Source: Smithellaceae bacterium
GTDB lineage: Bacteria; Desulfobacterota; Syntrophia; Syntrophales; Smithellaceae
Direction: 5' to 3'
DNA length: 64,000 nt
NCBI GenBank assembly: GCA_963667845.2
Contig: CAXXVL010000002.1
Coordinates: 2,144,001 to 2,208,000, forward strand
Of this stretch, positions 13,105 to 22,028 are shown piece after piece. Position 1 is the stretch's first letter; each line of letters opens with the position of its first letter. A model generated the notes under the pieces. That model searched no databases, was not told the DNA's origin, and saw only the letters and a program-made list of their open reading frames with translations. The position numbers were made by a program, and so were the translations under genes.

Positions 13105-14775
13105 CTATTTATTTTCTTTCGCCTTGGCGTCTTCCTCATCCCGCAAGACCTTGCGCAGGATTTTACCGACGGCCGACTTGGGAATCGACTCGCGGAATTC
13201 AACCAGTTTGGGTACCTTGTAGGGAGCCAGCTTTTCCTTGCAGAAAGAGATGATTTCCTCTGCCGTGCAGCTTTCGCCTGCCTTCAGAACAACAAACGCC
13301 TTGACTGTTTCTCCCCGGTATTTGTCTTTAACCCCCAAAGACACGGCTTCAGCAACCTTGGGATGCTGGAAGAGGACTTCATCAATGTCGCGCGGATAGA
13401 TGTTGAATCCGCCGGCGATAATCATGTCTTTCTTGCGGTCCACGATAAAGAGGTAACCGTCTTCATCTCTGATGGCGATGTCGCCGGTATAAAGCCAGCC
13501 GTCTTTGAGCTGTCCTGCTGTTTCGGCGGGATTGTTCCAGTAACCCTGCATGATCAATGGACCCTTCATGATGATTTCACCCGGCTCTCCGTCGGGAACA
13601 TCCTTTTCTCCGGTATCGACATCCACCAATCGAACATCGTTATCCGGGAAGGGGATACCGATGCTGCCCACTTTCTTTAAGCCCAGAACAGGATTCGAAA
13701 TACCCAGCGACGTTGATTCGGAAAGACCATAACCTTCGCTGAAATAGATGCCCATATCTTTGACCTGTTCGATGAGTTCCACGGGCATCGGCGCCCCGCC
13801 CGAGTTCAGCATGCCGAATTTCTTGGCCAGATTAAGTTCTCCCGCTTTGGGATGATTCATGAGAGCGGTAATCAGCGTGGGGACGGTCGGAAAAAAGGTA
13901 ATCTGCTCGAATTTGGCGAGGAGGTCCATCATCTCGTCAATATTGAAACGGGGAACCTGGATTTGCGTCGCGCAGTTGAATAAAGCCCAGTTCAAAACGA
14001 CGATGTTTCCGTAAACATGGAAGTAAGGCAGTACGGCCATGACGTTGCGCTTTTCATGGGGTGTGAGCGAGATGGTGGCGTTTCCCCACAAAGAGCACTG
14101 GAGCGTCGCCGCGACGATGTTGGCGTGGGTGAGAACGGCGCCCTTGGGGATTCCGGTTGTCCCTCCCGTAAATTGAATCAGGGCCGGGTCTTCAGGATTG
14201 ATCTGGACTTTCACCCGTTTGGGATTGGGATATTTGGCAATGAGTTCCGAAAAGTGATACCAGCCCGGTTCCAGATCAAGGCTCTTGGGCGTGCTCACCG
14301 GAAAGCCTTTGATAAAGTCTGTGACGGCGGTGACGATCACCCGGGAGATCAGAACCTGCTTGCACAGGGTGCGAATGGCCGGGAGGGCCATGTCAAATGT
14401 GATCAGAGACGTCATTCCTGACGTGTTGGCCATCATTTTCAGTTCGTCGGGGGTGTAGAGCGGATTGAGATTGACCACAATGCCGCCCAGCGACAGGACC
14501 GCAAGATAGGCGATCGGATACTGGGGACAGTTGGGCAGGTGCAGACCGACCCGATCTCCCTTTTTGATTCCCAGTCCGGCCAGAGCATTGGCGAAGCTTT
14601 TGTAGACGATGCTCAGCTCCAGAAATGTCATCTCACTGCCGAAAAAAATCAAAGCGGCCTTGTCCGGATAGGCTCCGGCGGGAAGATCAAGCAGCTCGTG
14701 AGCCGCCAGACGCGGATAACGGATAGTGGTTGGTACGTTGTAATCGTAGTGACGATGCCAAGGTTTCTCTATCAT
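13105..14775 (-). CDS. Long-chain fatty acid--CoA ligase (FadD-like)
   Basis: AMP-binding QFTGGTTGIPKG, EGYGLSE, GWLYTGD and DRKKDMII motifs; C-terminal PKSAVGKILR. Confidence 0.93.
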   Translation of the reverse strand: MIEKPWHRHYDYNVPTTIRYPRLAAHELLDLPAGAYPDKAALIFFGSEMTFLELSIVYKSFANALAGLGIKKGDRVGLHLPNCPQYPIAYLAVLSLGGIVVNLNPLYTPDELKMMANTSGMTSLITFDMALPAIRTLCKQVLISRVIVTAVTDFIKGFPVSTPKSLDLEPGWYHFSELIAKYPNPKRVKVQINPEDPALIQFTGGTTGIPKGAVLTHANIVAATLQCSLWGNATISLTPHEKRNVMAVLPYFHVYGNIVVLNWALFNCATQIQVPRFNIDEMMDLLAKFEQITFFPTVPTLITALMNHPKAGELNLAKKFGMLNSGGAPMPVELIEQVKDMGIYFSEGYGLSESTSLGISNPVLGLKKVGSIGIPFPDNDVRLVDVDTGEKDVPDGEPGEIIMKGPLIMQGYWNNPAETAGQLKDGWLYTGDIAIRDEDGYLFIVDRKKDMIIAGGFNIYPRDIDEVLFQHPKVAEAVSLGVKDKYRGETVKAFVVLKAGESCTAEEIISFCKEKLAPYKVPKLVEFRESIPKSAVGKILRKVLRDEEDAKAKENK

Positions 14776-15092
14776 TTTTCCCCCTCCTAAATAAGTGATT
14801 TGTGCGATTGATCATTTGCCCAACACTGAGCCGGTGTGATGCGGAAAAAAACGTGTTCGGATGGGACGAACATTCTCTCCAGACTTTTGAGAAAGAGCTC
14901 AAACAAAACAGTTCTTACCCATCAGGCGACTCTACTTCTCTTTTCGATGAAACATGGCTTTCTTACGTGGTCAGACAATAAGATGTTCAGTCTTTTGTGT
15001 CAATGAAATATTGATCATGTCCCTATTATTGAAGTGCCGAGCTTTGTCGCGGCGCGAATATGTCCTATTCAAGATTGAAGTTTCGGCTTTTT

Positions 15093-15196
15093 TGTTTAAT
15101 CCCGCTTAAACGGAACGAGCGTTAATTTCCTGTCGCTTGCTGCGAAATAATGACGTTCTTTTTATACCTCGACAGCTTGCTGCGAGGTTGTTGATT
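15093..15196 (+). repeat. Dispersed 104-bp hairpin-rich repeat, copy 2
   Basis: Colinear with 7421-7524. Confidence 0.75.
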
Positions 15197-15291
15197 GCGA
15201 TTTCTTTCTTATTGAACGCGGGGAATAGGGCTTGCCATTCATCTGATGTTTGCCGTCTGTTGAAAATAACTTCATAGCAAATGATTTTGTC

Positions 15292-15320
15292 TTGACAATA
15301 GAACGATCGTTCTATACAAG
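15292..15320 (+). promoter_or_regulatory. Sigma70-type promoter with an overlapping perfect 18-bp palindromic operator
   Basis: TTGACA at 15292-15297 is directly followed by ATAGAACGATCGTTCTAT (15298-15315), which contains GAAC-N4-GTTC. Confidence 0.75.
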
Positions 15321-15326
15321 GATGAC

Positions 15327-15944
15327 ATGGGAAAAATAAAAGACATACCCGTTGCGGAAACGTTTCTGCCCTTTTTGCGCGTTGAGGAAAGGGATATTCC
15401 CGGCGGTATAGAAATGATTGAATTTTTCGGCGCGCTCGCGGAGGTACGGTCTGCCGGAGAACGGTTTGATCCGGTGGCGGGGACTCCGGCGCATAACCTG
15501 GTCACAGGTGCTTGCTGCACCGGACCGAAAGACCCGTTCCACGTTCCAGCCCTTTGCCGGGTAGTGGGATTGATGATCAACGGTGAGGTTTGCGCCGGAT
15601 TTCCGTCGCCTGCGGAAGAGGAATTGCGTGACGTTATCTCCTTTGATGATTACCTTGTTGCGCATCCGGATACTTCCTTTCTGCTTTCGGTCACAGGGGA
15701 TTCCATGAGCGGCGCGGGTATCATGGAAAAAGATCTGGTGATCGTGGAACGGGGACGCCAGCCGAAAAACGGCGATATTATCCTGGCGGAGGTGGACGGC
15801 AACTGGACGATGAAATATTTTTGCAAGAAAGGCAAAACGATCACGCTGGAGGCGGCTAATCCCAAGTATCCGCCGATTGTCCCGCAGACGGAGCTGCGGG
15901 TCGCGGGGGTGATCACGGCGCTGGTTCGAAAATATCACAGGTGA
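15327..15944 (+). CDS. LexA/UmuD-family S24 autopeptidase with atypical N-terminus
   Basis: Cleavage site VCAG-FPSPA; catalytic Ser in VTGDSM and Lys in TMKY; LEAANPKY. Confidence 0.88.
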   Translation: MGKIKDIPVAETFLPFLRVEERDIPGGIEMIEFFGALAEVRSAGERFDPVAGTPAHNLVTGACCTGPKDPFHVPALCRVVGLMINGEVCAGFPSPAEEELRDVISFDDYLVAHPDTSFLLSVTGDSMSGAGIMEKDLVIVERGRQPKNGDIILAEVDGNWTMKYFCKKGKTITLEAANPKYPPIVPQTELRVAGVITALVRKYHR

Positions 15945-16069
15945 TGGCTTTGTAAAATCACCATATGCTGCGTTGCGTTTCGCCCCGCGATCGCTGCGGC
16001 CTACGCCAAAGTAGGCCTCACTCTGCGGGCCTTGCGCGCCTTGCCTCTGGCGATTTTACAAAGCCATCA
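15942..16069. mobile_element. MITE-like element, 128 bp
   Basis: Perfect 18-bp terminal inverted repeats TGATGGCTTTGTAAAATC / GATTTTACAAAGCCATCA (24/27 when extended); non-coding hairpin-rich core. Confidence 0.75.
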
Positions 16070-16192
16070 TCAGATGTAAGAAGGGAATGAAACGTTTTTA
16101 CAAAACGTAAAAGATTTATGATACGGTATAATTCAAATATTTCCGTCACGTAGTCGATGTTTCATGGCAAAAAATAGGAGGATTAAGCGCTT

Positions 16193-17119
16193 ATGGATAG
16201 AGCCTGTGAAAAGATCGGCAAGAAGTGCAAGCACGTAAAAGACAATGGCAATTGTTTTTGGTTGGGGAACGATAATTATCCTGTTCAATGTGTTGGTGCT
16301 TGGGCTGAAGATAAATATTATTTCCTCGAACGATATCTAAATGCCAGCCGCGAAGCGCGCCGAAAATTTTCCGATCAGGGCAATGCTGTTTTTATTGATT
16401 TGTTTTCCGGTCCGGGACGTTGCATGATCAGAGAGAAAAAAGAAGAAATTACCAGCGGTGGATTTCGTGCGATGGAACTAAATGAAGCACCATTTAATGA
16501 ATACATCTTCTGCGATATCGACGAAAGAAATACTGAAGCATTCAGACACAGATCTCAGCAAAAACAAAATTGTATTTTTTACACGGGTGATTCTAATAAG
16601 ACTATTGAAAGTATCGTCAACTATTTAAAGAAAAAAGACTATCGTTACCATTGCGCTTATGTCGATCCCTTTGCGCCGGAAAATTTAAATTTCAACACAC
16701 TGAAAACACTGGCGCAGTTCAAGCGTATGGATATGCTCATTCACTTTCCCATAGGCAGCATCCATCGCAATTTAGATAATTGGATGAACAAAACAAATAC
16801 GATTCTGGATACTTTTTTGGGAACCGATACTTGGCGTGAACGTATAGAAGATGCTCGTAAAAATGCTAAGCGCAACGACTATTATGTTTTAATAGATGTT
16901 TTTAAAGAACAGCTTAAATCTATCGGTTATCCAGAAGAAGGATTAAAATTACAAGAATCAGAAAGAGGTTTTTTAGAGCAATTATCAACCGTGTCAATAA
17001 AAAACTCTCGGAATGTTAATTTGTATGTCTTAATTTTGGCATCCAAACATGAACTCGGCCAAAAAATATGGAACAGTATCATTAAAATTGATCCAAGAGG
17101 ACAAAGGAGCCTCTTTTGA
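16193..17119 (+). CDS. tcmP: Three-Cys-motif partner protein (TcmP-like SAM-dependent methyltransferase fold)
   Basis: VGAWAEDKYYFLERYL, SAM-binding FIDLFSGPG, GDSN, YVDPF and DMLIHFP motifs; AGGAGG RBS; AT-rich. Confidence 0.8.
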   Translation: MDRACEKIGKKCKHVKDNGNCFWLGNDNYPVQCVGAWAEDKYYFLERYLNASREARRKFSDQGNAVFIDLFSGPGRCMIREKKEEITSGGFRAMELNEAPFNEYIFCDIDERNTEAFRHRSQQKQNCIFYTGDSNKTIESIVNYLKKKDYRYHCAYVDPFAPENLNFNTLKTLAQFKRMDMLIHFPIGSIHRNLDNWMNKTNTILDTFLGTDTWRERIEDARKNAKRNDYYVLIDVFKEQLKSIGYPEEGLKLQESERGFLEQLSTVSIKNSRNVNLYVLILASKHELGQKIWNSIIKIDPRGQRSLF

Positions 17120-17946
17120 TGCAGCTTAAAACGATTCAACGAAAAACCTTACTTTATAAAAGCGGCGTGGAATATGCTGATTACTGTTTAAACCACGTCG
17201 AAGGTTGTTCTCATGGTTGCAAGTATCCTTGCTATGCTTTTATGATGAAAAAGCGTTGTGGAGTAATCAAAACTTACGAAGACTGGTGTAATCCTAAAAT
17301 TGTTTCCAACGCATTAGAACTTTTGGAAAAAGAGATTCCACGTCAGAAGAATAAAATCAAATACGTACATCTTTGTTTCTCGACGGATCCCTTCATGCAC
17401 GAACAGAATGAAGTTGCAGAGCTAAGCTTGAAAATTATTGACAGGCTTAACCGAAGTCATATCCGGTGCACGGTTTTAACAAAGGGTGTTTATCCGCAGG
17501 AATTGGCTAAACGCAATGGATACAGTAAGAATAATGAATATGGAATAACCCTTGTATCGCTTGATGAAGATTTTCGTAAAAAGTACGAACCAAATACGGC
17601 GAATTTTAAGGAAAGAATCAAAGCACTTAAAGTTTTGAGCAAGGCAGGGTTTAAAACCTGGGTTAGCATTGAACCTTATCCGATACCAAATCTGGTGATA
17701 CAAGATTTGTCGGGAATTCTTAAAGCGATCTCTTTTGTTGATAAGATCGTATTTGGGAGGCTAAATTATAATTCTGTGATTTCAGGTTTCAAGTATCACA
17801 AAGAATTTTACACCGGGTTGGCCGTCTCAGTTATTGAGTTTTGCAAAAAAAACAAAATCTCTTATCATATTAAACACGGTACAATGACAAATCTAATCGG
17901 TCTCAAAAATCCTGCATTATCTGATGTCCGAGTAGGAATCCTGTAA
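17119..17946 (+). CDS. Radical SAM protein (SPL/COG1533- or DUF5131-like partner of TcmP)
   Basis: LNHVEGCSHGCKYPCYA three-Cys motif; STDPF, VLTKG, YEP and TWVSIEP motifs; TGATG overlap with tcmP. Confidence 0.8.
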   Translation: MQLKTIQRKTLLYKSGVEYADYCLNHVEGCSHGCKYPCYAFMMKKRCGVIKTYEDWCNPKIVSNALELLEKEIPRQKNKIKYVHLCFSTDPFMHEQNEVAELSLKIIDRLNRSHIRCTVLTKGVYPQELAKRNGYSKNNEYGITLVSLDEDFRKKYEPNTANFKERIKALKVLSKAGFKTWVSIEPYPIPNLVIQDLSGILKAISFVDKIVFGRLNYNSVISGFKYHKEFYTGLAVSVIEFCKKNKISYHIKHGTMTNLIGLKNPALSDVRVGIL

Positions 17947-18009
17947 AAGTTTGGAAAATAATAAACACGAAGTCATTATCTTTTTATTTGTTTCAGTTTA
18001 GGGGTTAAA

Positions 18010-18042
18010 CCTACAGCCTAACAGCCTATAGCCTAATAGCCT
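18010..18042. repeat. Short 7-8-mer tandem repeat
   Basis: CCTACAG-CCTAACAG-CCTATAG-CCTAATAG-CCT just upstream of dinB. Confidence 0.7.
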
Positions 18043-18051
18043 TGTTTTTCT

Positions 18052-19359
18052 ATGAGTGATCAAATTTTCTCTCTCCGTTCCTGGCCGCGTGCGATTGTGC
18101 ACATCGACGGCGATGCGTTTTTTACGTCTTGTGAAGAGGCGATTCATCCGGAACTCCGGGGCAAGGCGCTCATCACCGGCGGTGAGCGCGGCATTGTGGC
18201 GTGCGCCAGCTATGCGGCGAAAAGGATGGGGGTCAAACGCGGCGTGCCGCTTGCCGAGGCGCGCAAGATCTGCCCGGGCCTCATCATTCTTCCTTCGGAT
18301 TATGAAACGTACAGCCTGTTTTCCCGGCGGATGTTTGCCATCATGCGCCGCTTCACGCCGGACGTAGAGGAATATTCCATCGACGAAGCGTTTTCCGATA
18401 TTACCGGGATGCGCCGCGCCCTGCATTCCTCCTATGAAGAAATCGGTCTGCAGATGAAAAAGGAAATCGAGCGCGAACTCGGCATCACGGTTTCCGTGGG
18501 TTTGAGCGTGACCAAGGTGCTGGCCAAGGTGGCGTCCAAATATCAGAAGCCGGCAGGCATGACTGTGATCAGGGGGCGGGATATTGCTCAATACCTGACG
18601 AATCTGCCGGTGGAAAAAATCTGGGGCATCGGTCCGGCGACAACCAATTATCTGGCCAAACTGGGCATCCGCACGGCGCTGGCTTTTGCCGAGCTTCCCG
18701 AGAAAACCATGCAGAAGAAATTCACCAAGCCGGGTGTGGAAATCTGGCGGGAGCTGCGTGGCGAATCGGTTTATCCCGTAACGACCGAGGAAAAAAGCTC
18801 TTACGCTTCCATCAGCAAGACCAAGACGTTCGCGCCGCCGACGTCCGATGCCGATTATCTCTTCGCACAGCTCATGCGCAACATGGAATCGGCCTGCATC
18901 AAGGCCAGGCGCTACGCGCTGGCGCCCCGGAAAATTGTGGTGTATTTGAAAAAACAGAATTTCGATTCGGCGGGCAGCGAAGCGGCTCTATCGCGTCCGT
19001 GCGCCTGCCCGCTGGAGTTTTCCGACGTCATTCGTGATTTATTTGATGCCTGCTATCGCCCGCAGGACCTTTACCGCGCCACCGGCGTGGTTCTTCTGGA
19101 CCTCGTTTCCGACTCCACTACGCAGTATACCCTTTTCGACAATCCCGTGCAGGCGGAAAAAATCAAAGATTTGTATGATGTTGCCGACGAGCTGGGGCTG
19201 AAATTCGGCAAGCACACGCTGCACCTGGGTTCCTCGCACCTGATTGAAAAACTCGGCAAGGGCCGCCGCGGGGCGCCTACGGTGAGAGCACAGACTGAGC
19301 TCAAAGGCGAAACGAAGCGCCGCCATCTGGGTCTGCCGCTGCTTCATGTGAAGACGTAA
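18052..19359 (+). CDS. dinB: Y-family DNA polymerase IV
   Basis: IVHIDGDAFF, ASYAAK..GV, YSIDEAF, KVLAKVAS...KPAG and IWGIG motifs. Confidence 0.93.
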   Translation: MSDQIFSLRSWPRAIVHIDGDAFFTSCEEAIHPELRGKALITGGERGIVACASYAAKRMGVKRGVPLAEARKICPGLIILPSDYETYSLFSRRMFAIMRRFTPDVEEYSIDEAFSDITGMRRALHSSYEEIGLQMKKEIERELGITVSVGLSVTKVLAKVASKYQKPAGMTVIRGRDIAQYLTNLPVEKIWGIGPATTNYLAKLGIRTALAFAELPEKTMQKKFTKPGVEIWRELRGESVYPVTTEEKSSYASISKTKTFAPPTSDADYLFAQLMRNMESACIKARRYALAPRKIVVYLKKQNFDSAGSEAALSRPCACPLEFSDVIRDLFDACYRPQDLYRATGVVLLDLVSDSTTQYTLFDNPVQAEKIKDLYDVADELGLKFGKHTLHLGSSHLIEKLGKGRRGAPTVRAQTELKGETKRRHLGLPLLHVKT

Positions 19360-19367
19360 AGACAGAT

Positions 19368-19394
19368 GTTCATCCCGTCGACGACGGGATGAAC
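19368..19394. terminator. Hairpin between convergent dinB and usp genes
   Basis: GTTCATCCCGTCG-A-CGACGGGATGAAC. Confidence 0.55.
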
Positions 19395-19485
19395 GAGCAC
19401 AGAGCCTCCGGATAAATGCTTTGCCCTGAATTTTGCAGCGATCAGGGCGTCTTTACGTTTTTTTGACGCGGTTTCCTCCCGGCGG

Positions 19486-20004
19486 CTAAATCTCTCCCAG
19501 GGTAATGTCGGTTTCTCCTTCCGGCAGCGGAATGACATAGACCGGCTTGCGGATCCGGCGGAGGACCTTTTCTACGACGCTGCCGAGGAAGGCATGGCGG
19601 ATCACGCCTTTTCCGTGCGTCCCCATGATGACGATGTCGGAGCTGAGCTTTTCCGCCATATTCAGAATTTCCGTTGCGGGGTCGCCTTCTACGACATGGA
19701 CTCCGACAATCCGATTCAAGGTCTCCGGATCATTGTCGAGTTCTTTTTCGGCAAATTGTTTCAGGCGTTCCTCGATCCGCTGAAGCAGGTCTTCTTTTGC
19801 ATCCTTACGCCGCCGGTCGATTTCCTCCTTTTCGACGTATACGAGAACGAGCGCTTCTTCCTGCGGTGAAAGGGGCTCGATGACGTGGAGAAGATGGATT
19901 TTCGCGTCGTGCTGCCGCGCCGTGTTGACGGCATAGCGAAAAGCATAGGCTGAGTTCTTGCTCAGGTCGGTTGCATACAGAACGTTTTGTATCTTGGGAA
20001 TCAT
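19486..20004 (-). CDS. Universal stress protein
   Basis: VLYATDLS; GDPATEI...DIVIMGTHG...LGSVVEKV. Confidence 0.92.
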   Translation of the reverse strand: MIPKIQNVLYATDLSKNSAYAFRYAVNTARQHDAKIHLLHVIEPLSPQEEALVLVYVEKEEIDRRRKDAKEDLLQRIEERLKQFAEKELDNDPETLNRIVGVHVVEGDPATEILNMAEKLSSDIVIMGTHGKGVIRHAFLGSVVEKVLRRIRKPVYVIPLPEGETDITLGEI

Positions 20005-20209
20005 ATCCTCATTCCTCCTTTTTAATCCGGAAACAAGTCCGGTTGCCCGCGTTTTTTTGAGCGGCGATGACTCCTTCAGCTGCTGCCGGACGCTCTCGGC
20101 AATCGGCAGGAAGGCTGTGAACAGGGATGGAAAGGACTCAGGCAGCCGTTTCCATCCTTGTTTTGTCAGGCGAGCCCATGCAAAAAACCATGAACCCCTT
20201 AGGTCACAA

Positions 20210-20617
20210 TCACCAGGCGGAATTACCCTTCACGATATTCAGTCTCTGCTCCAGCAATTTGTCTTCGGGTATTTGTCCGTACATCGTAAGCTTATCGATA
20301 ACATCGGGCAGCATAGCCGCTAATTTGCCTGCCGCCTCGTCTTCGGATACGCCGAGCGCATCGGCGATGTCTTGCACCAGTCGTTCACCGCTGAATACTT
20401 TCTTAATTTGATCGGCTGAAATCGGCAAGTTTGCTTCGGTGCCGACCCACGATGCAACCTGCTCACCAAAGCCGTTGTCCTGAAACAACTTTACCAGACC
20501 CTTTACACCTCCGCTTTTCGGGTCGGCAATCATTTTCGTGACGATCATCATCAGCTTGTTGGCGCTCACTGTATCGTCACTTTTAAAAAAGCCTTTTATC
20601 GTATCCAAAAAACCCAT
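20210..20617 (-). CDS. YidB/DUF937 family protein
   Basis: GGVKGLVKLFQDNGFGEQVASWVGTEANLPISADQI and LPDVIDKLT; AGGAG RBS before MGFLD. Confidence 0.85.
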   Translation of the reverse strand: MGFLDTIKGFFKSDDTVSANKLMMIVTKMIADPKSGGVKGLVKLFQDNGFGEQVASWVGTEANLPISADQIKKVFSGERLVQDIADALGVSEDEAAGKLAAMLPDVIDKLTMYGQIPEDKLLEQRLNIVKGNSAW

Positions 20618-20705
20618 GTTTATCTCCTTTTGTAAATTGAACAAACATGTTGCCCGGATTTAAATTTAACTGATCCAGGGTTAACTTAAATATTCTTCTT
20701 CTGCC

Positions 20706-22028
20706 TTAACCCGCAAGTCCCGCCGCCCGCGGAGCCCATAGCAGGATGTTGGGGAAAATGGCAAATATGGCCACGGCCACGAGCATCAGCAGGATAAACG
20801 GCACAACACCCTTATAGATGTCATTGAGCGTTATCTCAGGAGGCGCCACACCCTTAAGGTAAAAGATCGTATACGCAAAGGGCGGCGTCAAGAACGACGT
20901 CTGCAGAACAACAATATTCATCAGGGCAAACCAGATCGGGTCAAAGCCGAGCTTGAGTGCAATGGGCGAAAAGAGTGGCACGACAATCATCACGATGCCG
21001 ATCCAGTCCAGAAAACATCCCATAATAACGATAATTGTCCACATCGCCACCATAACGCCCCACTTGCCGAAGGGCAGCGCCATAACCATTTCCTCGACAA
21101 TGTCGCCGCAGCCCAGACGCATGAAGACACTCGTAAAAAACGAGGCGCCGATGAAGACCATGTAAACCATGGCGGATGCCTTCGTTGTGGAGAATGACGC
21201 CTCTTTAATAACCTGCCAGGTCAGTTTTTTATAGCTGGCGGCGAGAATGACGGCGGCAAAGGCGCCAAAAGCGGCTGCTTCCGTCGGCGCGGCTACGCCG
21301 AAAAAGATCGCGCCTAAAACGGCCAGAATGAGGATGCACACGGGCAACACCGACGTGACGAGCATCTGCAGCTTTTTCGCTAACGGCACCCGGAGGTCTT
21401 CATGGATGGCCGGTCCCATTTCGGGCTTTAAAAAACACACAATACCGATGTAAAGAAGATACAAACCCGACAGAATAAAGCCCGGCAGAAAAGCGCCGAT
21501 CAGCAAAGCGCCGACGGAAACATTCGCGGTGGGCGCATAGACCAGAATCATAATGCTGGGCGGAATCAAAATGCCTAAAGCGCCGCCCGCGCAGATGGCC
21601 CCGCAGGCCAGAGGTTTGTTGTATTTATATTTCAGCATCGCCGGCATCGCTATGATGCCCATCGTGGTGACGGTGGCCCCGACAACGCCCGTCGCCGCCG
21701 CAAAGATCGTGGAAGCAGCAACGGTGGACATGGCGAGTCCGCCTCTCAATCCTCCCAGCATAACATACATGGCATCAAAGAGCCTCGCAGCGATTCCCGA
21801 TTTTTCGATGACGATCCCCATAAAAATAAACAGCGGAATGGCAATCAGTGTGCTGTCGGAAAAGGCAACCTGCATGCGCAGCATGAAGACATTGCTGATC
21901 TGAGGCCCCACAAAGATAATGCCGAAAATTGTCGCGACGCCGGCCAGCGAAAAACCAATCGGGAAACCCATCATGATGACCCCGATCAGAATCGTCAACA
22001 TCATAAAAGTGATCATTTCAATACTCAT
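20706..22028 (-). CDS. TRAP transporter large permease (DctM family)
   Basis: Highly hydrophobic; AIPLFIFMG, GILIPPS, PTEAAA and FLTPPF motifs. Confidence 0.93.
   Translation of the reverse strand: MSIEMITFMMLTILIGVIMMGFPIGFSLAGVATIFGIIFVGPQISNVFMLRMQVAFSDSTLIAIPLFIFMGIVIEKSGIAARLFDAMYVMLGGLRGGLAMSTVAASTIFAAATGVVGATVTTMGIIAMPAMLKYKYNKPLACGAICAGGALGILIPPSIMILVYAPTANVSVGALLIGAFLPGFILSGLYLLYIGIVCFLKPEMGPAIHEDLRVPLAKKLQMLVTSVLPVCILILAVLGAIFFGVAAPTEAAAFGAFAAVILAASYKKLTWQVIKEASFSTTKASAMVYMVFIGASFFTSVFMRLGCGDIVEEMVMALPFGKWGVMVAMWTIIVIMGCFLDWIGIVMIVVPLFSPIALKLGFDPIWFALMNIVVLQTSFLTPPFAYTIFYLKGVAPPEITLNDIYKGVVPFILLMLVAVAIFAIFPNILLWAPRAAGLAG

Noticed and set aside
15000..20000. Prophage or integrative element around the SOS cassette
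   Set aside because: No integrase, transposase, phage structural or conjugation genes anywhere in the window.
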